A stretch of 27,347 nt of DNA, taken from the IMG/VR virus record IMGVR_UViG_3300042914_003341; one strand, 5' to 3'. Positions 18,278-25,650 of this stretch are shown piece after piece (the stretch's first letter is position 1; each line of letters begins with the position of its first letter). This stretch comes from an uncultured virus (IMG/VR IMGVR_UViG_3300042914_003341) (lineage: Duplodnaviria > Heunggongvirae > Uroviricota > Caudoviricetes). Under the pieces are notes generated by a model, which made no database searches, was not told the DNA's origin, and worked only from the letters and a program-made list of their open reading frames with translations. Position numbers and translations under genes: made by a program.

Positions 18278-19064
18278 ATAGTTGAATCTCTACGTTCTTC
18301 TTAGCCACTTTGTAGTAGCGTTTGAGATTAGAAAGCATCGATGAGAGCTTCTTTGGTGGTGCGTGTGTCATCTCACGGAGATAAGCCATCACTGCACGTT
18401 TGTTGTGAAAATCCAGGTCTTCGGCATTGGCAAGGATGCTCTGGATGTGCTGAAAGAAACGTTTCTCGTCTTCTGATTGCAAACAACCCTTCAGCTCTTT
18501 CATAACCATGCCGACTTTGATTTTCGATTCGTGGTCAATGCACTGATCTTCTGGGGATAGAACGTGTTTGTAGTTCTCGATCTGATCGTTGTCAGACTGA
18601 GACATGCTCTCAGAGTCATCAATATGGCAAAGAACACGTTGTTGTTTTGCTGATTTCTTGCACTCGACGATCAACCAGTGTTTTGCAATGACGTTGAAAT
18701 AACCAAATGCTCTTGATCCTCTTGCCGCATCAAACTTCGGAATGGTGTCATAGAGAAAATTGACACAAGCAGACTGAAGCTCGCCTTTGCTGGCGTACAT
18801 GACTTGGAACCGATACACATTGATCAGGTTCTCGGCCAGTTTCTCAAAGGCTGGGAGTATGCGCTTCACATAGATCTGATCGCGTTTCTTCTTGTCTGTT
18901 TCAGCTTTGAACTCCATGATGGCATCCTGAGTTCCCGCATTGAAATAAAACTGTTCCGGTGTCGCACCTCCAACGAGCTTGCGCTTGATTGTCTTCTTCT
19001 TGAGCTTTGGTGGCTTTGCGGCTTTGCTGCTGGTTGCGACTGGTTCTTGCGCTGTCGTTGTCAT
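18270..19064 (-). CDS. Phage sigma-factor-like protein (sigma70 region-2-like, possibly gp55-type late sigma; ~264 aa)
   Basis: Start moved to ATG 19064 (MTTTAQEP). 'ELQSACVNFLYDTIPKFDAARGSRAFGYFNVIAKHWLI' resembles sigma regions 2.2-2.4 (KFDP.RG..F..Y). Sits at the head of the structural module. Confidence 0.55.
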   Translation of the reverse strand: MTTTAQEPVATSSKAAKPPKLKKKTIKRKLVGGATPEQFYFNAGTQDAIMEFKAETDKKKRDQIYVKRILPAFEKLAENLINVYRFQVMYASKGELQSACVNFLYDTIPKFDAARGSRAFGYFNVIAKHWLIVECKKSAKQQRVLCHIDDSESMSQSDNDQIENYKHVLSPEDQCIDHESKIKVGMVMKELKGCLQSEDEKRFFQHIQSILANAEDLDFHNKRAVMAYLREMTHAPPKKLSSMLSNLKRYYKVAKKNVEIQLYE

Positions 19065-19089
19065 GGTGTTTACTAGTCTAAATTTCTTT

Positions 19090-19425
19090 TTATGATGATG
19101 GTGATGATGATGTCTCTTCAAACCTTATGTATTTTTGTTTGCTTCGCGATGTCAGTGTGGTTGCCAGCTTGTCAATCTCAATCGAACCCATCTGCAACTC
19201 TTCGCGACACTGTTGGAGTTTTTTTGCTATCTCTGGGCTGTCAGTGTATATTTGCAGCTCACTAAAGTTTTGCAATGCTTCTGATGCACGTCTGTGAGTT
19301 TCTGATGCGTCTGACAAATCATCTTCAAGCATCATAATAATGTTAGCAAATTTCAACATATACTTCGCGCTGAAATATGTTGCAGCGCCAAGCAAAAGAA
19401 CTAGGACTGAAAGGAAGATGATCAT
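19090..19425 (-). CDS. Small membrane-anchored protein: N-terminal TM helix plus coiled coil (111 aa)
   Basis: MIIFLSVLVLLLGAATYF hydrophobic N-terminus followed by a charged helical region. Confidence 0.7.
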   Translation of the reverse strand: MIIFLSVLVLLLGAATYFSAKYMLKFANIIMMLEDDLSDASETHRRASEALQNFSELQIYTDSPEIAKKLQQCREELQMGSIEIDKLATTLTSRSKQKYIRFEETSSSPSS

Positions 19426-19437
19426 CGGATATTGTTT

Positions 19438-20682
19438 TCAGAGTTTGAGTTGTTCTGGGACAATCTGTGCTAGTTTTTCATGGCAGGATGTTTCTGAATA
19501 GTCCTTCCATACAACCTTCGCAAGATCATCTGCCCATTTGGTTGGGAGTTCGGGACTTTCCAGAAACTTCAGAACGCGTTTCTTGAATGCTTGCTCTGAA
19601 GGAACCGCCCATTGTGCTTCTGGCATGAAAATCTTGTTGTCGACCCTGGATCCATGGATCTGACCCATCCGATATTCAACTGGAAGCCATTTGCCTTTGT
19701 TCAGGAACTCAGTGTGGCCTGACCAGTTGGTTGCAATGATAGGCTTGCCGCAAACTGCTTGCTCCAGCAAAGGAAGACCGTAACCTTCACCATGTGTCAA
19801 GCTCACCATTGCCTTGATCTTGTCGTGTGTGTATAGGCCGACCATCTCTTTGTCTGTCAGATGACCATGAACTAGTGTGAACTTTGGCCAAACCTGCCCA
19901 GGCGTTCGGACCTCTTTGAGAATGTCATTGACAATTTTCTTGACGTTCCTCTTGTCAAGTTGCGTTGCTGCGCCCGCGTTGAGCTTGAGGACCACACCAA
20001 CACCTTCTTTTCCAGCTAAACATTCATTCAGCCATTTGATTGTGTATGGAATGTTCTTGCGGTCATTGTCAACGTTGTTGCCAGTGAACTGTCCAACAAA
20101 CAAAAAGTTGGTGTGCGTATCAAAAAGCTGTGAATCAAGCACTGCTTTTATCTGAGATGTATTGTTGGTCGGCCTGAAAGATTCTGGGTACGCCTCCGGG
20201 ACAACTTCGATGTTTGCAGTAACACTACCAGTGTTCAAGAATGTCTGTTTGGTGAATTCTGATGGAACAATCACCATATCCATCCTGTTGATGCAATCAA
20301 TCCAAGCTGGATTGCAGCGATCAGTCTCAACACCAGCAGTGATTCCGATGTTATAGTTCCCCAAGAACACGTTCCATTCGTCTGGGAGCTGCACTTGAAG
20401 TGTATAGTCAAAAAACTGATATTCTCCAGTTCCAACCTTTGACTTGGCCGCTTTGTCGAGAATGTATCCAATCAGACCATCTTCAAGCGACGGGTCAAGC
20501 ATGAAGTGAGTCATTCCCCATGGCAGGATCTCAAACACAATTTTCAAGGATCCTGGCGCTGACGCCTCTTCAAGCTTCTGAAGATATCTTGCAAACTGCC
20601 GTGCATGTGTCCCATATCCGCTCATCGAAAGCAGTGGCCCACGCAGGAGGATCTTTGTTGGTTCTGTTGTAGTGCTAGTCAT
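19438..20682 (-). CDS. Glycosyltransferase, GT-B fold, GT4-like (414 aa)
   Basis: SGYG N-terminal loop, 'DMVIVPSEFTK', 'RKN', EX7E motif 'EGYGLPLLE', 'KPIIATNWSGHTEF'. Confidence 0.9.
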   Translation of the reverse strand: MTSTTTEPTKILLRGPLLSMSGYGTHARQFARYLQKLEEASAPGSLKIVFEILPWGMTHFMLDPSLEDGLIGYILDKAAKSKVGTGEYQFFDYTLQVQLPDEWNVFLGNYNIGITAGVETDRCNPAWIDCINRMDMVIVPSEFTKQTFLNTGSVTANIEVVPEAYPESFRPTNNTSQIKAVLDSQLFDTHTNFLFVGQFTGNNVDNDRKNIPYTIKWLNECLAGKEGVGVVLKLNAGAATQLDKRNVKKIVNDILKEVRTPGQVWPKFTLVHGHLTDKEMVGLYTHDKIKAMVSLTHGEGYGLPLLEQAVCGKPIIATNWSGHTEFLNKGKWLPVEYRMGQIHGSRVDNKIFMPEAQWAVPSEQAFKKRVLKFLESPELPTKWADDLAKVVWKDYSETSCHEKLAQIVPEQLKL

Positions 20683-20699
20683 GTTCTTATATCCAGTTT

Positions 20700-20728
20700 A
20701 TCTTATTGCATGTCAGAGTGTTTCTACA
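20700..20728 (-). promoter_or_regulatory. Candidate promoter TGTAGA-N17-TAAGAT
   Basis: -10 TAAGAT at 20700-20705 and -35-like TGTAGA at 20723-20728; parallels TGTACA-N18-TAATAT upstream of the neighbouring GT4 gene. Confidence 0.4.
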
Positions 20729-21990
20729 GTGAATCGTCCATGGCCTTTGGTTTTGTTGAATTCAGATGTCGTATCAACCAATGATCGGTCCCATGCTTCA
20801 ATCATCTTTTCATAGTTGAACTCTTCATTGGCATACGCGATAGCTTTTGCCGCCAATTCCTTCAGCTCAGCAGGCTTGGTTTTCACCAAATCGTACATCT
20901 CCATATATGCCGCAGAAACGTCGTGATAATTGACGTGATCATCATAGATGAAAGGCACAACCTGTGACCCAACAAGCGTTCTTGCCGCTGGTTCGATGGC
21001 AACACCATGAACAAAGCCGGTTTTGTGATTGATCAACTGTCTTGTCATTCCACCGGTCTTCAATCCAACGATAGGCTTACCAAGCATCAGCGCAGTCAGC
21101 AACGACAAACCAAAGCCCTCTGCCTTTGAGATGTTCACAACGAAGTCGGCACAGTTGTAAAGGCCATTCATATCCTGAAACTCAAGCTTGTTCGTCGAGA
21201 ACACAACGTTGTCTCTAAGACCAAGCTGATCGACGACTGCATAAAGGTTTGGCCCTTCCGGATCAACTGGATCAGTGTGCATCAGCATGAAAGCTTTGCG
21301 ATGACCATGCTTGGCTTCGAGGTTGTCGAGAAATTCCTTCCATGCATTTAGAACATCGTTCGGCATCTTCCTTGTGGCGTTCCTGTTAACCCACAAACCA
21401 ATCAACCAATCAGCCCTGTGTCCAAAGTTCTGAGCCTTGATTGCTTTTACTTGTTCTTCTGGGAGTTGAAAGAAAACATCTTTTGGAAACGCATGAGGGA
21501 TATAGCTCGTCTTCTCTGGATGGTTTGGCTTCAAGAGTTCATACGTCTTCCACGACAAACAGTTGATGGCGTCAGTCGAGTCATACCACACATCATTAAA
21601 GCTGGGATACGGATCATTGTCCCAGACGTGCCAATAAAGAACTGGACAGAACTGACGGATCTCGTCTTCCATCTCCCAGAGCCACATAAACTGTCTTGGA
21701 TCTGTAAAAATGATCACCGCATCAGGCTGTTCATTGATCAGCGTTGCGCGAAGAATCTCCTTGTTGCCAAACCCATCGACAGGCTTGATGATGAAATCCT
21801 CATTGACCATCACAGTGCGATAGTCCGGATGCTTCATCGCACCTCCAAAACATCTGAAGGTATACCGGCCGGTTTGCAGCAATCCTTGAATGAGGAAACG
21901 GCTCTGAGTGCCGACTCCAGAAGATGCTAGTTGATGATCCGAAATGAAAAGAATCTTCTGCTTTTTCTGGACTATGGATTTGGACGACAT
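20713..21990 (-). CDS. Glycosyltransferase, GT-B fold, GT4-like (425 aa)
   Basis: 'KILFISDH...SGVG', 'VNRNATRK', 'LYNCADFVVNISKAEGFGL...GKPIV...TGG'. Confidence 0.9.
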   Translation of the reverse strand: MSSKSIVQKKQKILFISDHQLASSGVGTQSRFLIQGLLQTGRYTFRCFGGAMKHPDYRTVMVNEDFIIKPVDGFGNKEILRATLINEQPDAVIIFTDPRQFMWLWEMEDEIRQFCPVLYWHVWDNDPYPSFNDVWYDSTDAINCLSWKTYELLKPNHPEKTSYIPHAFPKDVFFQLPEEQVKAIKAQNFGHRADWLIGLWVNRNATRKMPNDVLNAWKEFLDNLEAKHGHRKAFMLMHTDPVDPEGPNLYAVVDQLGLRDNVVFSTNKLEFQDMNGLYNCADFVVNISKAEGFGLSLLTALMLGKPIVGLKTGGMTRQLINHKTGFVHGVAIEPAARTLVGSQVVPFIYDDHVNYHDVSAAYMEMYDLVKTKPAELKELAAKAIAYANEEFNYEKMIEAWDRSLVDTTSEFNKTKGHGRFTVETL

Positions 21991-22000
21991 ATTTACGACT

Positions 22001-22039
22001 TCTGTAAAGATATTACAGAGGCCATAGATTTGTTGTACA
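22001..22039 (-). promoter_or_regulatory. Candidate promoter TGTACA-N18-TAATAT overlapped by inverted repeat TCTGTAA-N5-TTACAGA
   Basis: -35-like at 22034-22039, -10 at 22010-22015; perfect 7-bp inverted repeat at 22001-22007/22013-22019 within a 52-bp intergenic gap. Confidence 0.45.
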
Positions 22040-22042
22040 GAG

Positions 22043-22942
22043 TCAGAGAGAATTGAATGATTCTAGGATTGTTTTGGCTCTGTGATCATATGAGTGCTTT
22101 GCAACGACTTCTTGATGACCGGCCATGGCTATGATGTTTGCTTGATCTTTGTTCTGCTGAGCCCAGCGGATCTTGTCTGCTAGATCTTGTGTCGATGTGT
22201 ATGTCAGGAGATGTTTTTCCGGAACAAAGATCTGAGACAATGCTGGAGGGTCTGAGTTGGTGATGAGAAGTGCTCGTGCGGCTAAAGACTCAAAGACGCG
22301 GTAGTTGACGTCGATGGAGATCGATTTGTTCAGACTGATCTCATATGAGTGCAATGCATTGACCATCTTGTTTCCAATGACGAAGATGTCTCGTTTCACT
22401 TTGAGTGGAGCAATCAGTTTGTCAACTGAGTCAAGCCATTGAGCTCTATCAGCAATCATGCTGCCGCAAAAACCTACCGGTTGTGATTCGAGTGTGATTG
22501 CAAAGTCATGGAACAGATCTGCTGGATACGCATTGGGAAGCCATATGGTCTTCTCAGAGTGTGGTGCGAACTGTTTGAGATATTCAGGAGTGCTGTTGAA
22601 GTGGATGTTGAACTTGGATTGTTTGGCAAACCACACGTGCTTTCCAAGTGCACAGTGAGAATCGATACTCCAGAAAGCTTTTGGCTTCTTCGTCCTAGAG
22701 AAATCTGGAAGCCAGCCTTGTTGGTCGTAGTTCTCTAGGACGAGGACATAGTCATTTCTTTCCAATGCTGACTCATATGAACCTTGTGGGTTGCTTGCAT
22801 CAAAATTTGTTTGGTTCAATCCCCAGACTTCTGCATCGCACCCAGACATACGACGCAATGCCCTTGCAAGACACTCACTCTCTCTGAAGTCGACATTCTC
22901 TTTGTGTCGTCCTCTCTCCTGGACTATTAATATATTTGTCAT
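22043..22942 (-). CDS. CgeB/YkvP-like glycosyltransferase (GT-B, 299 aa)
   Basis: 'FWSIDSH', 'WLPNA', 'VGFCGS', 'ISLNKS...NYRVFESLAARALLITN', 'IAMAGHQEV..KHSYDHRA'. Confidence 0.8.
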   Translation of the reverse strand: MTNILIVQERGRHKENVDFRESECLARALRRMSGCDAEVWGLNQTNFDASNPQGSYESALERNDYVLVLENYDQQGWLPDFSRTKKPKAFWSIDSHCALGKHVWFAKQSKFNIHFNSTPEYLKQFAPHSEKTIWLPNAYPADLFHDFAITLESQPVGFCGSMIADRAQWLDSVDKLIAPLKVKRDIFVIGNKMVNALHSYEISLNKSISIDVNYRVFESLAARALLITNSDPPALSQIFVPEKHLLTYTSTQDLADKIRWAQQNKDQANIIAMAGHQEVVAKHSYDHRAKTILESFNSL

Positions 22943-23691
22943 CGCACTCTCTTAGTTTCTGCTACCTTTTTCCAATACTCAGGATGACGTCTGTTACCTG
23001 CGTCAAAAACATCGCCTACAAACTCATGATCGACTCTAGGAGATGGAAACGGCAAGATCGTTGCATGAGAGAACCTTGTGAAATATTCATCGTGCGCAAT
23101 GGAATCAGAAGGAATACCGTAGCGTGGCCAGAACACATCTCTGAGGAAATCCTGATCTACTTGCCAATAGTCTTTATTTGACTTGGCTGTGAGCCATAGA
23201 TCGATCAGTGGTTTTAACGGCTTGCGACCAAGCTTTGGCTTGGCTCCCCACATACCTCCAAGAATCTCGATGTCATGGGCAGGATGATCTCTCATGATGT
23301 GATATGTTTTGTCACTCTCCAGCCACTGATGAACCGCAAGAGACTCTCTCTCTGAGAGCCTGGAATCGCAATCTCTAGAAATGAACGTAGTGTCGGATTC
23401 GTCAATAGGGTAAAATCTCCAGAACATCCCGGACCAGCTTGGATCTTCGTCAGGCATCAGCCTGATATCAACATGTGAACCTACCTTGGACAGATGATGA
23501 ACAATTGAAGTGTCCGTGTTCTTGCCAACATAGAACCGCGTATCCCATCCTGGATAATATTCTGGGGCCTGCTTGGCATTCTCCAAGGCTCCAATCACAT
23601 ATTTTGGATTGTTGCCCCAGAGCGAATATGAGATGACTTTGCGAGGCTGTTCTTCTGTTGTTGCTGGCTTTAAAAACGATGGGAGTTTCAT
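22939..23691 (-). CDS. Putative GT-A-fold glycosyltransferase-like protein (250 aa)
   Basis: 'KVISYSLWG...Y..GALEN...YYPGW', 'MFWRF', DxD motif 'SRDCDSR', 'HIMRDHP.H...ILGGMWG', 'DQDFL'; ATGA-coupled on both sides within the GT cassette. Confidence 0.6.
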   Translation of the reverse strand: MKLPSFLKPATTEEQPRKVISYSLWGNNPKYVIGALENAKQAPEYYPGWDTRFYVGKNTDTSIVHHLSKVGSHVDIRLMPDEDPSWSGMFWRFYPIDESDTTFISRDCDSRLSERESLAVHQWLESDKTYHIMRDHPAHDIEILGGMWGAKPKLGRKPLKPLIDLWLTAKSNKDYWQVDQDFLRDVFWPRYGIPSDSIAHDEYFTRFSHATILPFPSPRVDHEFVGDVFDAGNRRHPEYWKKVAETKRVR

Positions 23692-24425
23692 AGATGTTCT
23701 GGGAACCCTGCGGCCTTTCTTTTCAGATAGTTCATTTTGTCCGTCTGTACGTAAGGAGAGTTTCGCATGAAGGTGGCATCATGCAACTCCTTCTGAGAAC
23801 CATAAAACAAAGTCTCTTGCATCCTTTGCGCATTTGGATCAGTTGAAATCCAGTCTGGATGAAGATGCTTGATGATCACCTTGTCGATATAAATAATCTT
23901 TTCAGCGGCTTGAGCTACTTCTGTGAACTCATTGTCACAGTAAAAAGATTTATAGGATGGATGATACAGGTAGTCGAATCGGTGATAGTATTTCCTACCA
24001 ACGATGCTTAGAGTACAGAAATCTTTTCTGTAACCATCACAGAACCAAAGACAGCCATCAGTATCCGGATAATGTTTGTGCATCTCATTCCTGATGATCT
24101 CATCATAACCTCTCTCTTGAGGGATCATGTCATCGGAAGCTAAGAGAATGATGTCCGTGTTGCTGTCTCTGGTTTCGAGATAGTTGTTCAGACCTCTGTT
24201 GCATGCATGGATCTTGGATGCTGAGGAACCAAAGTCATATGACAGATCTTTGTAAGAGAGCAGTCTGGAGATTACTGCGGGATTGTTCATGCTAGAGTCG
24301 TCGGCATCTAGAGTTATCAGAAACTTGGTTTTGCCGCGAACTTTGATACCAGAAACGTAGCGATCTAGCACATCAAAGAACTTTTCCGGCCTGCCTCTTG
24401 TTGGGAACTTGATAAGGATGTTCAT
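23688..24425 (-). CDS. GT2-like (GT-A) glycosyltransferase (245 aa)
   Basis: 'ILIKFPTRGRP', 'LITLDADD', 'ACNRG', 'IILLASDDM', 'YCDNEF', 'IKHLHP'. Confidence 0.75.
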   Translation of the reverse strand: MNILIKFPTRGRPEKFFDVLDRYVSGIKVRGKTKFLITLDADDSSMNNPAVISRLLSYKDLSYDFGSSASKIHACNRGLNNYLETRDSNTDIILLASDDMIPQERGYDEIIRNEMHKHYPDTDGCLWFCDGYRKDFCTLSIVGRKYYHRFDYLYHPSYKSFYCDNEFTEVAQAAEKIIYIDKVIIKHLHPDWISTDPNAQRMQETLFYGSQKELHDATFMRNSPYVQTDKMNYLKRKAAGFPEHL

Positions 24426-24431
24426 TAAATG

Positions 24432-24638
24432 CTATTGTACCTGGTTCAAACAAAGTTGTAGTTCGTCAGCAACCTCAAAAACATGTTCGTAGCCGCCGTC
24501 GTTCAATACTTGAAAGTGCCATGATATGTGAGGTGTCTTATAGTTCGATTTGCTAGCAAGGTTTTCGGAAACCATGACTACGAAGCTTTCGAAAACCAAG
24601 CTACGCTCGACCAATTTGTGCAATGGTAGCGGCGTCAC
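24432..24638 (-). CDS. Small hypothetical protein (68 aa), uncertain
   Basis: GTG start overlaps the epimerase stop (GTGA) and the ORF fills the gap to the next gene; no recognisable motif. Confidence 0.4.
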   Translation of the reverse strand: MTPLPLHKLVERSLVFESFVVMVSENLASKSNYKTPHISWHFQVLNDGGYEHVFEVADELQLCLNQVQ

Positions 24639-25615
24639 TTGTCAATGTTCTTTGGATTTAGAACTGTTCTGATCCATCTGATGTTACTATAATTATCAGC
24701 ACGTACACTTCGCGATTCGCCTCGGCGCTCTGGGAGGTGTTTGAAACCATATTCGTTGATTCCATGGTGTTTGATCAGTAGTTGTGCTAACTCAAACATG
24801 TCGACGAACCCGCCGCTGGCCAAGTTGTGCACAATCTTCGATGTTTTGTTGGGAGAATTGAACAACGCGATCAGCGCCGCAACCACATCTTCAACATATG
24901 TGAAGTCGCGCACCTGTTTGCCATCACCAACAATGGTCATTGGTTTGCCTTCTAGAAGCTGTTTCTCAAACAACCCCACAACTGTGGCATACTTCCCGGT
25001 GATTGGCTGTCTCGGACCATACACATTGAACAGACGTGCAATGACCCAATCGCCTCCGCACTGATTCCCCCAGTATTGCTCTATGAGTTTCTCAGCAGCA
25101 TGTTTGCCAATTCCATATGGAGTTTTTGGATTGATGTTGTCATCGATCTTAGCACCGGCTGGGATCTTGTTCTTGCCGTCAAACTCTTTGTGGAGTGAAC
25201 TGGTAGATGTAAAGATGATCTTTGGCATACGAAAATGCGTCTTGTTTGCCTCATAGGCCGCCGTGAGAAGTGACATGGTACCAATCACGTTAGTGTTCAG
25301 GCTGAGCTGCGGATTGTCGAAACTGGCTTGGATTCTTGCTTCGGCCGCAAGGTGATATATCACATCCGCATCTGCCAGAGCCATCCGTGCGTCTAGCAAT
25401 TCACCAACCGCATAGCAAATGTCAACTTCAACATACTTTGCCTTGGGGTTTGCATATTGGGCGCAATGTTCCTTGCCGTAGGATGAATAGTTGTCAAACA
25501 CAATCACCTCGTTGTTGCTATCTTCACACAGTTTGTCAACAAGGTGACTGCCAATGAATCCGGCACCACCGGTCACAATGATCTTTTTCTTTGTAGTAGT
25601 TTTAGTGTCACTCAT
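24635..25615 (-). CDS. NAD-dependent nucleotide-sugar epimerase/dehydratase (extended SDR, GalE-like, 326 aa)
   Basis: 'VTGGAGFIGSHL' Rossmann motif, 'YHLAA', 'TSTSS', catalytic YxxxK 'YGIGK', 'RLFNVYGP', 'GDGKQVRDFTYVEDV'. Confidence 0.93.
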   Translation of the reverse strand: MSDTKTTTKKKIIVTGGAGFIGSHLVDKLCEDSNNEVIVFDNYSSYGKEHCAQYANPKAKYVEVDICYAVGELLDARMALADADVIYHLAAEARIQASFDNPQLSLNTNVIGTMSLLTAAYEANKTHFRMPKIIFTSTSSLHKEFDGKNKIPAGAKIDDNINPKTPYGIGKHAAEKLIEQYWGNQCGGDWVIARLFNVYGPRQPITGKYATVVGLFEKQLLEGKPMTIVGDGKQVRDFTYVEDVVAALIALFNSPNKTSKIVHNLASGGFVDMFELAQLLIKHHGINEYGFKHLPERRGESRSVRADNYSNIRWIRTVLNPKNIDK

Positions 25616-25621
25616 GCCGAT

Positions 25622-25650
25622 AGGCTAACATGAGCTCTCGAACGTGTCAA
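25622..25650 (-). promoter_or_regulatory. Sigma70-type promoter TTGACA-N17-TAGCCT (extended -10 TGn), leaderless geometry
   Basis: TTGACA at 25645-25650, TAGCCT at 25622-25627, then 6 nt to ATG 25615. Confidence 0.65.

Noticed and set aside
19065..19121. Apparent natural His7 tag (MKRHHHHHHHKKK) at the N-terminus of the sigma-like ORF
   Set aside because: It comes from a TTG start inside the upstream gene, reading its SSSPSS codons out of frame. ATG 19064 is the more plausible start.
21418..21930. 170-aa plus-strand ORF, and the other short plus-strand or alternate-frame ORFs in the track
   Set aside because: They lie within or overlap long minus-strand genes and have no recognisable motifs, so they are most likely shadow ORFs.
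24635..24720. Possible frameshift truncation of the epimerase C-terminus
   Set aside because: The two alternative frames stop quickly and do not restore a canonical 'LGW.P' ending. All catalytic motifs are intact, so this is treated as a short divergent tail.
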